Assembly: GCF_009914755.1 (NCBI RefSeq)
Contig: NC_060931.1
Length of the DNA: 64,000 bases
DNA from: the human T2T-CHM13v2.0 reference genome, Homo sapiens
Strand: one strand, 5' to 3'
Below the pieces are notes generated by a model, which was not told the DNA's origin, ran no database searches, and saw nothing but the letters and a program-made list of their open reading frames with translations. The position numbers were made by a program, and so were the translations under genes. Below, piece after piece: positions 18,955 through 34,914 of this stretch (the first letter of the stretch is position 1; each line of letters begins with the position of its first letter).

Positions 18955-19060
18955 AATTACGTGTGATTTAAATCCCCTCCCTGACTGCCAGTGTCCAGAT
19001 ACAGCCTCAGCCCCTCTCAGTGCCAACTCCTCCAGGAAGTCCACCTTCATTTCTATGGAG

Positions 19061-19422
19061 CTGTAATCTCTCCACAGTCCATTCGTCTGCATCACAACTA
19101 TCATTTCCTTTGCCTTACTAGTTACTAAATTCTATATCTCTATCACTTTCACCAGTCTCTGAGCTCTCTTGAATTCTTCTTTAGAATTTTAAGTTAGAAT
19201 CTTGTCCTCTCTTTTTGTGTCTGGTCTGTATTGCATCTAGAAGGCATTCAGGCTGTTTTTGTTTTCATAATTGTGATTGTTGATGTAGCTATTCAATAAA
19301 ATGAATGAATGAAGTTAATTCAGGATATATGAAAACATCACCCATAAAATAATAAAAGAGAAAGGTCTACAGATAGTTCAGCATGATATATAAAAATCTT
19401 GTAGAAAAACCATTATATACTG
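19061..19422 (+). repeat. Dispersed duplication copy 2 (Alu-free), paralog of 11490-12153
   Basis: Colinear alignment by eye with copy 1 once the Alu is removed. Confidence 0.93.
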
Positions 19423-19887
19423 GCCATTAGGCAATACAAATTCAGAGAAGAGAAAAATTAGGACAAAGTCATTGCATAACACCGCTGTTTAAATGTGAAG
19501 AACTGCAATTTTCCCCCGATTATGTGAGATCAGTCCTCTGAGGATGTCATTAAGGTTTCTGGTATGTAATTGAAAGGAGCCCTGAGCCTAGAGATTCCAA
19601 GTCTTCAACTGCATGAAGACCTATTTCTCCTCATTTCTGGCCTGATTATCATCCTATCCTCTGCAGGCTGGCACGGAAGGCTCACTTCACTCTCGACTTC
19701 AAGACTTGTGTAAACTTTTAACTGTCTTTTCTCACTGTGCTCATTTCAGAGTTGGTTTGTTAATAAATATTTGCCATCTGTAGCAAATCTTAAAATGTAC
19801 CAAAATCTTAAAATGTCTGCAATAAAAAGCAAGACAAGAAACTTGGCAGTTTCTAAGAAGAGACCTTTATTTTATACTTAAACACTG

Positions 19888-19982
19888 GCACGTGTGTGTA
19901 TGCGCACGCGTGCATGCATGTACACACCCACACAGCACACACGCATATACACACCATACACACACAGTACACACACACTGCG
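19888..19982. repeat. Imperfect (TG)n/(CA)n tract
   Basis: gcacgtgtgtgtatgcgcacgcgtgcatgcatgtacacac...cacacacac. Confidence 0.8.
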
Positions 19983-20833
19983 CTCTGTCATAGAGACACA
20001 CCCTGCACATTTGCACTCGCTTCACTACAATCCTTCTGTATTTATCTATCTTTTCTCTACTTTGGAAATACAACTATTGCACCAAGGTTTTTTTTAACCA
20101 AAATTCCCTCCAGTTTTGTCCAAGTTATCAAGGCTGTCGTGTCAACCCAAAGGGTCTTGGCAAGCAAGCTACAAAATAGAGAGCTTGAAACTTAGCCATT
20201 CCAGGACAGGGAGCTTGTACTTTGCAATCTATGGTACAGAATTATCGAATGCCTTTGGTTTTGTTGTTGCTGTTTTTGATATCATCTTGTTTTGTTACTA
20301 TCTAAAAAGCAGATAAAATGGGCTGGGAATTCCCTAGTTTTCACAACTGTTTTCTTAGCTAGAAGGCTTTTAGACCAACATAGCACACCTGCATCTCTGA
20401 CTTTATCTTCCACTGTGATGTCCTGTGGGCTGCTCCCATCTGGGAGTCTGCCATTAGATATGGCCAGGGCTCCAATTTTGTCATAATTACATCAGCAACA
20501 GCAAAATTGAGAAGACTGCATTTGCTCCACTGTGTGGCATAACCAGTGACCCCAAATCATGGTGGCCTCCCCAGCGTAAGGTCATGGTTGCCCATGTTCC
20601 ATGTCATCTACAGGCTACAGACAACATCTTGAGGCAGTAGGCTGTCTGCTCCATGTGTCTTCTCATCCTGGGACCCAGGCCAAAGAGTAGTACCTATGGG
20701 GTCCATGCTGTTCTTAGGGAAGGGGCAGGAGTAATCAGAGCCAAGCCACAAAAGTGTGCTTGAAGATCTTGTTTGAATGTGGTCTACATCACATTCATCA
20801 TATCCAGTTGGCCCATGAAAGTTACATGACCAA

Positions 20834-21307
<474 letters not shown>

Positions 21308-22679
21308 AAAATTACATTACCAAGCTGAAGGTCAGTAGGATAGGAAATAACCCAGGAAAGCAAGGTTGCAACAGGAAGGGGATGAATAATTGTGTTGAAT
21401 TAATACCATCTCTCTATGTTTACAACTCCAATATCTTCAAGGGATGGGGGGGCAATTAGAAATTCTAGTGAAATTAGGTACCAAATGGTAGCTTCCACAC
21501 ATAGTAAGGAAGAAAATTTGGCCCGATGGGCGTATGGATAAATTCATATTCACCTATTTGTAAAAAAAAATCGAAGAGACTTACAGTCAAATCACAGATG
21601 TATAAGATTTAAACCATGTGACATAATTAAATGTACAATAAAATGCAGAGTTATTTATAAAGTAGATATATAAAGCTTCAGCCATGGAAACGACCCACGT
21701 AGCCGTCCAGGTAAAGGGAAATGGGATACCAAGCTTCCATTTGGTGGCAGTGAAATGTGTACAGACATATTAAGAGAGACGGCTTTTCCCAGCTCTGAGC
21801 TTCAAGTAGCATTCTTTATTTTTTCTTTGCATAAAGGGATTGATACTTTCAGTAGCAGATGAGGCATGCATGCCGCATGCCACATGTAACTACTCTGTAA
21901 GAGAAGGTTGAGTATGTACTGTTACTGCACAACTAGGTAATTAATAACCTGTGAATTTTAGTTATGTTTACTTCAGCATTTGCTAAGCTAATTGTTCAAT
22001 CAAGAATTCATTGTTACAAAAGAGTTGTTTAAGTTTGACTCCTGGGCTTTTCTAGGGAAAGCTTTTAAAGTCTAAATACCTAGAAAATGTAAACATACTT
22101 TTGTTTAAAAATAGAGATTAATTATGATAATCAAAGTGGAAGCATTTAATGAAACAATGGGCTTTATGATTAGAAAGGTAAACAAGAACACATAATTAGT
22201 TAGTTGATTACTTTTCCATTTTAACCAAGGCAGTGTCTGGCTACTCATCCTTTTTTCCACTTACCTGGTCAACTGTTGCCTAGTGGACAAAGTTCTGGAC
22301 CCAGGGGGCAAGTCCTGGGTCCCTGCTGTCCCTCTAGCACAGTTCATATGCTCCTAAGTATCTGGATTGACTGAGGTTTTGTTTTGAGTTGGGTTTATGT
22401 CTAACCTTTTTGATGTCTATTTTGCTGGTTAATTGTGAATTCATAGTATTCGTGTATGTCTGTGCAACGCAACAACACACACACACACGCACACACACAC
22501 ATTTACTTCTCCTAAAGACTTTTAAAGGACGAATGTTAGGAGATAAGTACTCATTTTCTATCTCAGTTATTCTTAACGTGTAGTCTAGGAACACCTACAT
22601 CAGCAGCCTGGGAGGGACTGGTTGTCAACACCGATTGCACAAACCTTCTAAATCAGTGTCTTTTGGAGAGGTACAAGAA

Positions 22680-22680
22680 T

Positions 22681-22711
<31 letters not shown>

Positions 22712-22992
22712 TTTTTGAGACAGAGTCTCGCTCTGTCGCCCAGGCTGGAGTGCAGTGGCGCCATCTTGGCTGCCTCCTGCCTCCTGGGTTCACACCATTC
22801 TCCTGCCTCAGCCTCCCAAATAGCTGGGACTACAGGCGCCCGCCTACAGGCCTGGCTAATTTTTTCTATTTTTTAGTAGAGACGGGGTTTCACTGTGTTA
22901 GCCAGGATGGTCTCGATCTCCTGACCTTGTGATCCGTCCGCCTCGGCCTCCCAAAGCGCTGGGATTACAGGCGTGAGCCACCATGCCCGGAC
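22680..22992 (-). mobile_element. AluY-like element within a MER5-type fragment
   Basis: ccattctcctgcc and gttagccaggatggtctcgatctcctgacc diagnostics. TSD aagaattt. Confidence 0.9.
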
Positions 22993-23049
22993 AAGAATTT
23001 TATTTTTAACAAGCTCTCCAGTTAATTCTTAAGCACACAATGATCTAGG

Positions 23050-23570
23050 TCAGCATTGTCCAACAGAACTTTCTGTGATGATGGAAACACTTCATATAGG
23101 CATTGTCCAATATGGTAGATACATGTGGCTGCATGAACACTTGAAATATAGCCAGCACAACTCACTGAATCTTTATTTTAATTACTTTATATCAAAATGT
23201 ATTTTTATTAAAATATTTTTAAACCATTTTATTGTGGTATAATTGACATATAAAAAGTAGTACACGTATGCAAATTAATGGGTTTGAAGATAAGTATATA
23301 CTCACAAAACTAACACCACAATCAATGCTATAAACCTATCACCTCCATTATGCATCAATTAAAAATAATAGTAAAAGCAAAAAAAAAGTATTTACCTGCT
23401 CCAAAAGTTTTCTCCACCCTCTTTTATTATTATTATTTTGTGATGAGAACACTTAACATAAGATCTACCCCCTTAGCAAATATTCAATTATACATACAAT
23501 ATTATTAACTATAGGCGCTATGTTGTAGCTACATGTGGCTAGTGGCTACCATATTGGATAGTGCAGAGCT
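23050..23570. mobile_element. MER3-like hAT element interrupted by an antisense L1MA 3' fragment (about 23215-23525)
   Basis: tgtccaacagaactttctgtgatgatggaaa...catgtggctagtggctaccatattggatagtgcag. The inner L1MA piece reads gagaacacttaacataagatctacccc. Confidence 0.75.
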
Positions 23571-23740
23571 AGATGATAATTCAGCAGCAGCTGCACACAT
23601 ACTAGTAGTAGTAACAATAGTGAAAACTTGTATGTGGCTTGACTCAGGCTTTTTAAACTTACTATGTGCCTGACACTATTCTAAGTACTTCCTAGATATA
23701 AACTCATTTAAATCTCACAAACTTTTAGGATGAGATTATA

Positions 23741-23878
23741 TTTTTGAGACAGGGTCTCACTGTGTTGACCATTGTGTTGCCCAGACTCACTGCAGCCTCA
23801 ACCTCCCAGGCTCAAGCGATCTTCCCACCTCAGCCTCCCAAGTAGCTGGGACTACAGGCATGTACCACCACGTCTGGT
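23741..23878 (-). mobile_element. Partial or monomeric Alu
   Basis: Right-arm Alu sequence only. Confidence 0.8.
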
Positions 23879-25810
23879 TTAAGGCATTTCTTAAAGATAG
23901 TAGATCAGCGGGGTCCGGTCAGGAAGACAGAAGCCAAGCTAGGCATTTCAAACAGAGCGGAATGCATATAGGATATTGATTGGTTACACTGGCATTGAAA
24001 GGCTGAAAGAGAAAAAGGAATACTGAGGTAACCAAGAACAATAATGTAGGAAGCAGCTTCCAATCCCTAGGGCTGGGGAGCTGAGGAAACAGAAGGAAGT
24101 TGAACACGGGAGGGACCTGGACCACCAAGGGGTGTTAATGGCAAATGCTCAGTGCATGGGGAAGCCAGTGTGGTTGGTGCCAGGAACTTCATGAGTTCCC
24201 AAGTACTGGGAGCACCAGAAGCTGGAGATTAGAGTTCTTGTCTTCCTTCACCTCTTGAGAGATGTAGACTTGAGCTGAAGATGGGAAACAAGCCCTGTTT
24301 CCTTCTCCTGACTTTGAGCCTCCTGCTTGTGCCTCCCATTGGCAGAATCTAATTTTATGGCACACAACACCCGCATAGCTCAATCTAATCAGAAGCTAAT
24401 CACAAATCTAATCAGAATATATAATCAGGCACAAGGGTCTGGAAAATGTGTTTGGGGACTTCTTGCCCCAGTATCACAGTTCAAGGTGTAGAAAGATGGG
24501 CTTGGAGCTGAGGAGAAGAGACAGATCATTTGCACGAAATTTTTTGATAAGCACTTTGTTTAAAGTACCATATGTCTAAATGTATTAATGATATCATCAC
24601 TTTCTGGGCTAAATAGCATATGTCAGGCAGTTCTTAGGGAGATGACACGGATGTAAGTGACCAAATCTTGATTAATTGTCAATTACTGCAGTCACCCCAG
24701 CTAGGTTCTATGCATAGTTATGCATGCATATGGGGACTTCCTCCCTACTTTGCTAATTGGTCTCTTTCCTCATTTGCTATGAGGCGCTCCCATACAGTTG
24801 GCTTGAAGCATTAGAGGCTACACTACGGGATCTGCTTCTTGCCCTTTCTCTGAGTTCACTCCCATCTGCAGACCTCCAAATCCTTCTACTCTCATGTGGG
24901 GAGGAACAAAGGAATCAAAAAAGTAGATGCTAGAGGAGTTATCTCTTGCTGCTCCTGTTTACAATTTCTGAGCTTCTCCCAGTAAAAGCCCCATTGCCTT
25001 CCTAGGACCACCATTTCTCCTCATTTTGGTGTGGATTATACAAAGTTCTTCATTTTTGGAGATGGACTGGGGAGAGTGTGTGCCCCACCTCCACCTACAA
25101 ACCCTGCATGAGGTCGGAGAGTAATAAATGCTCATGTTTCTCTTTGACTAAACACTCAGACGAAGAAATTTAGAAATATATTCCTTGATAAAACTGTGAA
25201 TTATCTAAGAGAATTGATCTTCACCACATGGCTTAAAAGTCCTCCTATGGAGGAGAAGCTGAGGACTTGAGGCAGGAACCAACACAAGTTAGTAATATGG
25301 TGACTAGCTTGTGCATTTGTTAAACTATAAGGGAACAAAAATATGTTCATTTTCCCTGCCAGAATCCATAAAACAAACATGATGTATAATAAATTAGGAA
25401 AGGAATCAGAGAAGACTATGAGACGATGTATTCTTGCGTCTTGCAGTTGATAACAACCAAAACATTTCCTAAATTTCTGGTTTCTGTAGCAAATCATTTC
25501 AGAGCTAAAATCTTTCCTTGAGATTTCAGGAAGTAATTCTCTTTCCCTTGCTTTGCGGTATCTTTCCACAGACTCTCATCCTCAGGAGAGATGCTGAGCA
25601 ACATAGTTGATTATCTTAGGATTGAGTTGCTGGTGAGAGCCTGTTTTCCACTTTAACAGCTGGGGGGCAGAACAATATGCACAGATCACAAGTATGCTCC
25701 TGGAAGCTTCCTTCATGGAATAAGGCGGCATTATCTCTGTACCCCATTCCCAAAGGTCTCTAAGGTGCTATAGGTTCGCTTTGCATGCTTGTTTTGGGTT
25801 TCTTTGCATG

Positions 25811-26955
<1,145 letters not shown>

Positions 26956-28519
26956 CATCTTAACGTATTGACTCTCACAATCTCAGGCATGTTGTAAGTG
27001 CTACCATCTCCCTTTCTTGCTCACTTCGGAGAACTACACTTCTGTGATACGGTGTACTAGGTTCCCTTCTATCATATTCCCAGCTGGTTGTTTCTGGGAG
27101 TTTCAGGGTCTTAAATTCTGTACAAAGAGAGGAGAATAGTACATACAACCCTCGTCCCCCAAAGTAGTAGGAGCCAACATGCCTAGTTTTGTATTTTCTT
27201 TTGTGCCTGAGCCTTTGGACCAATGGGAAGATGTGAGGAAGGGCCACGTGGCTTCCTTGTCATCCTTCAAGAGGACAAAAATGTTGTGTTTTAAGAGGGA
27301 GGCCACAGTTGTGTTTTTCCATCCATTCCCATTGACCGTGGTTACTATTAAATAGCTATTTTTTTGGCAGAGTCTAGCAATAGGTTGCCTGAATCCAAGC
27401 CTTGTGATGATGAGAAATTTTATTTTCTTCTGCATTTTCATCCGTCTTAGCACCTGATGAGAAGGTGGCACTGGGGCTGCTAGCCAGCTGCATCTGCCTT
27501 CTGGATCTGGCACATGCAGCCCTTTGTTTGCTGTCTCTTTGTTCCATGATGTGACCCAGGTTCATGCTCCCTGTCGATGAGGACACCCAGATTAAATATG
27601 TACAGAAAAAAAGAGGGCAGTGGAATAAAATCGAGTACATTTCCTATAATGTCTATGTATTCTCACCTGCAAAGTAAATGTACATAAAATTCATGTTTGA
27701 GGACCATTAAGTTCTGCTTATCAACACAAAGATTGTCCAAGCAATAAGTCAACTCACAATGTGATGCTTCCCTCTAACATATGGCCTGATAATGACTCTA
27801 CTTTCTTTGTCTCTGGAGTTTGCATCAAACATCTGTGTTAGGAAGAGTGGCTAACATGAAATCCTTGGTCATGATTTCTTTGTACCTGTTTATTAAGAAG
27901 ACAGATGCCATTTCTGGGCCAAGTGTCAAGATCCAACAGAGTCACTTGGCAATTTGACTATTGGTTGGTAAACATTAAGCATTACTGCACCTGAGGCTGA
28001 GTTCCCCAAGGCCATTTAATTTGTAGAAATAAATGCATTTAATTTCCAACAGTTAGAATTTTTGACTCTGTGTACTGTAACACTGGAGCGGTGTCTATAT
28101 AACACCGCAGCCAGGCCATTATCAGAGCTTGTTTAGTAATAAAAATCAATGAATTCAGCCTAGCAACTCATTTTATGACTCAACTGACTATTTGAGTCTG
28201 TTTTGGCATTTAGCTTTCAAAGATTAAAGACCAAATATCAGTGACTGTTCATAGCAAAAAGACTGTTTATCTACTTCGGTGACTGCTCTTGTCTCTAAGC
28301 TCCTTTTCCCAGAGATGATTTGGCAGGCTCGCATTTACCCAGGCTCTGATGATGCCCCTGCCTTTGGGAGGCTCCTAGATCTGGGTCTCACCTTTTCTCC
28401 AGGCACAGCCAAGGCAGCCTGGCTCAGAGACCCAGACCCTAGACACAGCCATGGCCTGGGCATTGTTCAGGGCTCTCAGAAAGCAGCAAGGAAGACAGGT
28501 CTTCAGCTTTCAGGAGCTC

Positions 28520-28875
28520 TGTATTAGTCCATTTTCATGTGGCTGATAAAGACATATCCAAGACTGGGAAGGAAAAGAGGCTTAATTGGACTTACTGTTC
28601 CATATTGGTTGGGGAGGCCTCAGAATCATGGCGGGAGGTGAAAGGCACTTCTTACATGGCGATGGCAAGAGAAAATGAGGAAGATGCAAAAGCAGAAAGC
28701 CCTGATAAAACCATCAGATCTCATGAGACTTATTCACTACCATGAGAACAGTATGGGGGAAGCTGCCCCCATGATTCCAATGATCTCCAACTGGGTCCCT
28801 CCCACAACACGTGGGAATTATGGGAGTGCAATTCAAGATGAGATTTGAGTGGGGACACAGAGCTAAACTATATCA
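28520..28875 (-). mobile_element. THE1 (B-like) solo LTR
   Basis: tgtattagtcc...aaactatatca, with perfect TSD agctc/agctc. Confidence 0.92.
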
Positions 28876-29422
28876 AGCTCCTTGTAGAATGGGAACGACA
28901 GCAATAAAGATAAGTTCCAAGTGGCTTGATGTTTCCTCTTAAAAGGTTAAGTGATGGCAAATGCCCGGCAAGATCTGAACTTGGAAGATCAAGATTCCTC
29001 ACGTTCTGATGCCACATAGTTAACCCTATCTCCTGGAAACCCTTCCCCAGCCCCTGCACAGGGACCTGTCCCCTTGAGTCACTTTGTATGCCCTGAACAT
29101 ACCATGCGCATTCAAACCTCCGTTCCTGCCTCTGTGAACCCATCATCCTTCTACTGCCTGAGATGTCATGTTCATCCCATTGCATATTTGTCTGCCTGGT
29201 GATGGCCTAGTTATCCTTCAAGGCTCATCCCAAGTGCCTCCACTTCTTCAGCTTTCTCCTAAATTGATCTCTCGGCTTCAGGAGCATTGTTTCCATCCAT
29301 CGATTTTGTTTCATTTTGCATTGTATATCATAGTCATTTGTTTATGCTATAGAGCCAACCATGAAATGTTTAATGAGGAGAAGTGTGGCTTAAATCTCTT
29401 TGTGTCCTCCATGCCTGGTATA

Positions 29423-30240
29423 ATATGGTAGGGTGAATGGTGGCCCCTGCAAGGATGTGTTCACATCCTGATTCCCAAGCCTGTGACTGTGAACTTGTTT
29501 GGAAAGAGGAGGGCTTCGCAGATCTGATTGTTTGGAAGTGGGTGGCGGACGGTTAGGGGGTCTTTGCAGATCTGAAGGTCTTGAGATAATGAGCATCTGA
29601 GATTGTTTATGTGGGCCCTAAGTCAGACGGCAAGTCTCCTTATAAGATAGAAGAGAGGCCAGGCACTGTGACATGCCTGTAATCCCAGCACTTTGGGAGG
29701 CCGAGGCAGGCAGATCACTTGATGTCAGGAGTTCAAGACCAGCCTGACCAACATGGCGAAACCCTGTCTGTGCTAAAAATACAAAAATTAGCCAGGCGTT
29801 GGTGGCACGTGCCTGTAGTCCCAGCTGCTCAGGAGGCTGAGGCAGGAGAATCACTTGAACCCAGGAGGCAGAGGCTGCAATGAGCTGAGATCAAGGCACT
29901 GCAATCCAGCCTGAGGAACAGAGTGAGACACTGTCTCAAAAAAACGAAAACAAAAACAAAAAGTTGAAGAGAAAAAGACACAGAGACAGAGGAGAAGGCC
30001 ATGAGAGGATGGAGGCTGGGTTTGGGATTATGTGATCACAGATCAAGGAATTCCTGTGGCCACCAGAGACTACAAGAGCCAAGAGCAGATTATTCCCTGG
30101 AGCCCATGGAGGAAGGACAGCCTGCCTACGCCTTGATTTTGGACTTTCAGCCTACAGAGAACTCTAAGAGGATGCATTTCAGATATAAGCCATCCAGTTT
30201 GTGCTAAGTGGTAAAGGCAGCCCTTCGGAAACTAATATAT
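29423..30240 (+). mobile_element. MLT1 (B/C/D-like) LTR interrupted by an Alu at 29657-29962 (+)
   Basis: ggtagggtgaatggtggcccc...ccttgattttggactttcagcctacagagaact...aagccatccagtttgtg...aaactaata. Confidence 0.8.
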
Positions 30241-30911
30241 ATAACAACTGGCACAAAGAAAGAGCTCAGCTGTTAACTGAACGAACATTGATAATTTTGT
30301 ACTTAGAACACTTCGAGTGGTTAAAGATATTTAAGATGAAAGAGAAAATTCTAAATGTGTCTTCTGCTCCAATTATGTTTTTATGAGTCCACTTGAAACC
30401 CTGGAAGGCAGAGCTTGCCACGGCTATTTCAAGCACCCCTCTCCTCCACGAAAGAGGAAATAACCTCTTATTCCATCAGCCCATAAACCAGCGGCACGTG
30501 GACGCAACATCACCCCCTGCACTTCTTGTCTTCAGCAAGAATGAGGGCACGGAGAACTCCACTTCAAGCTTTTCAGTCAACCCGACGGGACGCGACAGAT
30601 TACAGAGCAAAGTGCACCAAAGATACCATCAGTTAACCTAATAAAATTGATTTAAAAGCTTTTAAACTTGAGAGTGAGAGTTCAGTGCCTGCGAAAGATC
30701 TTTCAGTCCCTTGAAGTGATGAAATAAAATGATCAATCGCCCTTATCAACCTCCCTTTTTTTGGTAATGTGGTGGCAGGAACAGCTTTTCCACTGTCAAA
30801 TTAACCCTCTTTTAAAAGTGGGTTTCTGCAGCTTCTGCTCCACTCTCTCTGAGCTCAGGAGCTGAGCCCTTGGAACTCTTATGTCGTCTGTTGCTGGTCT
30901 CATCTTCTATT

Positions 30912-31040
30912 GAAGGGAGGAAGGGAAGGAGGAAGGAGGGAAGGACGGACAGTTGGACGGAGGGAGAGAGAAAGGAAGGAGGGAGGGATGGTGGGAGAGA
31001 GGGAGGGAGGGAAAGAGGGACAGAGGGAGGGAGAGGGAGA
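30912..31040. repeat. Purine-rich (GGAA/GGAG)n low-complexity tract
   Basis: gaagggaggaagggaaggaggaaggagggaagg...gagggagggagaggga. Confidence 0.9.
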
Positions 31041-31056
31041 CTCAGGATACTCAATG

Positions 31057-31358
31057 TTTTTGGGGGGTTTTTGTTTGTTTTTGAGGAGTCTCACTCTGTC
31101 GCCCAGGCTGGAGTGCAGTGGCGCCATTTCAACTCACCACAACCTCCACCTCCCAGGTTCAATTGATTCTCCTGCCTCCCGAGTAGCTGGGATTCCAGGC
31201 GTGAGCCACCGTGCTCAACTAATTTTTGTATTTTTTGGCAGAGACAAAGTTTCACCATGTTGGCCAGGCTAGTCTCAAACTCCTGACCTCAAGTGATCTG
31301 CACCTCTTGGCCTCCCAAAGTGCTGGCATTACAGGCATGAGCCACACCGTGCCCAGCC
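31057..31358 (-). mobile_element. Alu (S-like)
   Basis: TSD tcaggatactca on both sides. Confidence 0.92.
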
Positions 31359-31832
31359 TCAGGATACTCATTGGTTTTTGATCCTTCATGCTCTCTCTGG
31401 GCGCTTGGCATGGGGAGCTTTTCTTGGAGGTTGCGGTTATTAAAATGCCTTTTGAATGATAAAAATAGAAATGTGTTTATTGTTAAAAAAATAAAATAAA
31501 GGAACCTATTGAGAATTAATTATATAAGCTCAAAACCCCTTATCTCACTCTCTTCCTTTGAACAGCTTGGTGTAGAGCCTTCCAGCCCCTGTTGCTTATG
31601 CCTTTACAAAGATGTGTGTGCGTGCACGTGTACAGGTACATGCACTCATGAATATACATGGTGCCTTCGACATCAATCCAACACACATATTTTTCCAGCA
31701 AATATTTTTATAGCACCTCCGATGTGTCAAACTTTGAGTATGTCATTTAAATTATTCTGTAACTTGTTTTTTTCACTAAATGCATCAGAGACACATATGG
31801 ACACATATCTATTTCAGGAGTTTAGTCCCACC

Positions 31833-32217
31833 TTTTTTTTTTTTTTTTTTTTTTTTTTTGAGGCACGGTCTGGCTTTGTTGCCTGGGCGCATGATCACAG
31901 CTCAGCAGCCTCTAACTCCTGGGCTCAAGCGGTCTTCCTGCCCCAGCCTTCCAAGTAGCTGGGACTACAGTCTGGAGCTACTATGGTAGCACAAGTAGGT
32001 ACTCCAGACTTCCAAGTAGCTGGAACTTTCTGCCCCAACCTTCCAAGTAGCTGGCACTTCCAAGTAGCCACCACTCCTGGCTAATTTTTAAGTTTTTCTT
32101 TGTAGAGACAAGATCTTGCTGTGTTGCCGAGGCTGGTCCTAAACTCCTGGGCTCAATCAGTCTTCCTGCCTCAACCTCCCAAAGTGCTGTGATTACAGTT
32201 GTGAGCCACTGTGCCTG

Positions 32218-32261
<44 letters not shown>

Positions 32262-32549
32262 ATGGAGTCTCTCTATGTCCTCCAGGCTGGAGTGCAGTGG
32301 TGGGATCTTGGCTCACTGCAACCTCTGCCTCTCTGCCTCCTGGGTTCAAGTGACTCTCCCATCTCAGCCTCCTGAGTAGCTGGGATTACAGGTGCCAGCC
32401 ACTATGCCCGGCTAATTTTTGTATTTTTAGGAGAGACTGGATTTCACTATGTTGGCCAGGCTGGTCTCGAACTCCTGACCTCAAGTGATCCACCCACCTT
32501 CGCCTCCCAAAGTGCTGGGATTACAGGTGTGAGCCACTGTGTCTGGTCC
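31833..32549 (-). mobile_element. Tandem antisense Alus: AluJ 31833-32220 (internally scrambled) and AluS 32221-32549
   Basis: Two Alu bodies. The second carries TSD tgcctggccttttt. Confidence 0.9.
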
Positions 32550-33088
32550 ATGCCTGGCCTTTTTAACAGTTAAATGTCATTTCGTTCATCTAGTAAACAA
32601 CTATGTAGTAAGCACCTACTGTGTGTCCCCGTGGTGTGTAGGTGCTGGGCTTACAGCAGTGACTCAGCAGAACAAAGGCCTCCATCTCCCTTTGTAGAGT
32701 ATTTTAATCAGGACCTACTGATGGACACTAGGGTTTTGTGTTGTTTTTTTTTCCAACAAATGAAGCAACTAATAGCTTTAAATGTATCTTTTATTACATA
32801 GGTATATTTATGTAATAAATGGGCCACCTCCCTAGGAGTAGAAGTGTTCTATTTAATCCTAGAGCATGACAGTGTTATATGTATGTAATTCACAAGCCAG
32901 AGCAGGAGATTCAAACTGCCCCTGATGACAGCATTCACCAGTGGGCCATTTTCTTAGTTAACACAGGATCAGTTAACTCTCAACAGCTGCTTTAGGTCTG
33001 CTTCTCCCTGCCTTAGATTAACATCTGTGCTTGCCTGCCCTGGATTCTTTAAGACACATCGAAGAGTTATGCTAAAGAAACGGTGGCC

Positions 33089-33720
<632 letters not shown>

Positions 33721-34558
33721 CAGTGATCACTGGTTTTCAGTGTGGAGAGAGAATTCCTCTGCCCCCGGCTTCACCTCATTTCCTTTCAGAGACCCCCTTC
33801 CACCTGTGTCATGTCACTAAGCCACCCTTTCCCTGATTCCTAACAATGTAAGGAGATTGGAACTGAGGCTGGGATGCCTTGCTGTTAATCTTCCAGAGAA
33901 CCCGATGCAATCAAGTTGCACGTCTAAAATGAAAAAGGAAAGGACAACCTCATTGTAAATATTATTAAATCACCATTCAGTTACTTGCACATCGTGTCTT
34001 TCTGAATTACTGCTGCTCTCCTAGGAATACACACACAGGGAGGCCCATTTCAGAGACGACGTCTTATTTAAGCAGAACAGTTGCTGAAGAAAGAGTATGG
34101 GAATCAGGCCCGTTCATTCATTCATATAGAGCACTTGCTAAGTGAAAAAACCTTGTGTTAAATGCAGGCGATGATACAAAATGGGGAATAAAACAGGGAT
34201 ACGTTTTTACAGCAGGGGAACCGGATCGTGCAGGTGAATAACCGCAATAGAAAGTCAAATGGAATAAATGCCTGAGATGTGGGGAACAGGCTTGCTTGGA
34301 GTTCAGAGAAGCAGCTGCAAACCTCCTTTTCTGATTTGCAAATTAAATACATGTAACACTGTCATGCTCTATGATTAAACAGAACACTTCTAGGAAGGTG
34401 GCCCATAAATATACTTGTGTAATAAAACATACATTTAAAGTATTAACTGTTGCATTTATTGGAATTTAAAAAAAAAACCTAGAAAATCCACTTGCTTTGC
34501 TGCTGATTTTTCTGCAACCCTAGGAGAAGTCACTCTTCACTAAAAGATAATGATAATC

Positions 34559-34914
<356 letters not shown>

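Noticed and set aside
21864-21879. Three overlapping or adjacent GCATG (RBFOX-like) motifs
   Set aside because: They lie over 40 kb from the only visible exon and are easily produced by chance or CpG decay.
23348-23400. A-rich insert of about 55 nt in the L1MA fragment
   Set aside because: It may be a tiny truncated L1 tail, but the TSD is too degenerate to support a call.
30912-31040. Polypurine tract as a functional triplex or G-quadruplex element
   Set aside because: It is a common low-complexity repeat, and nothing in the sequence indicates function.
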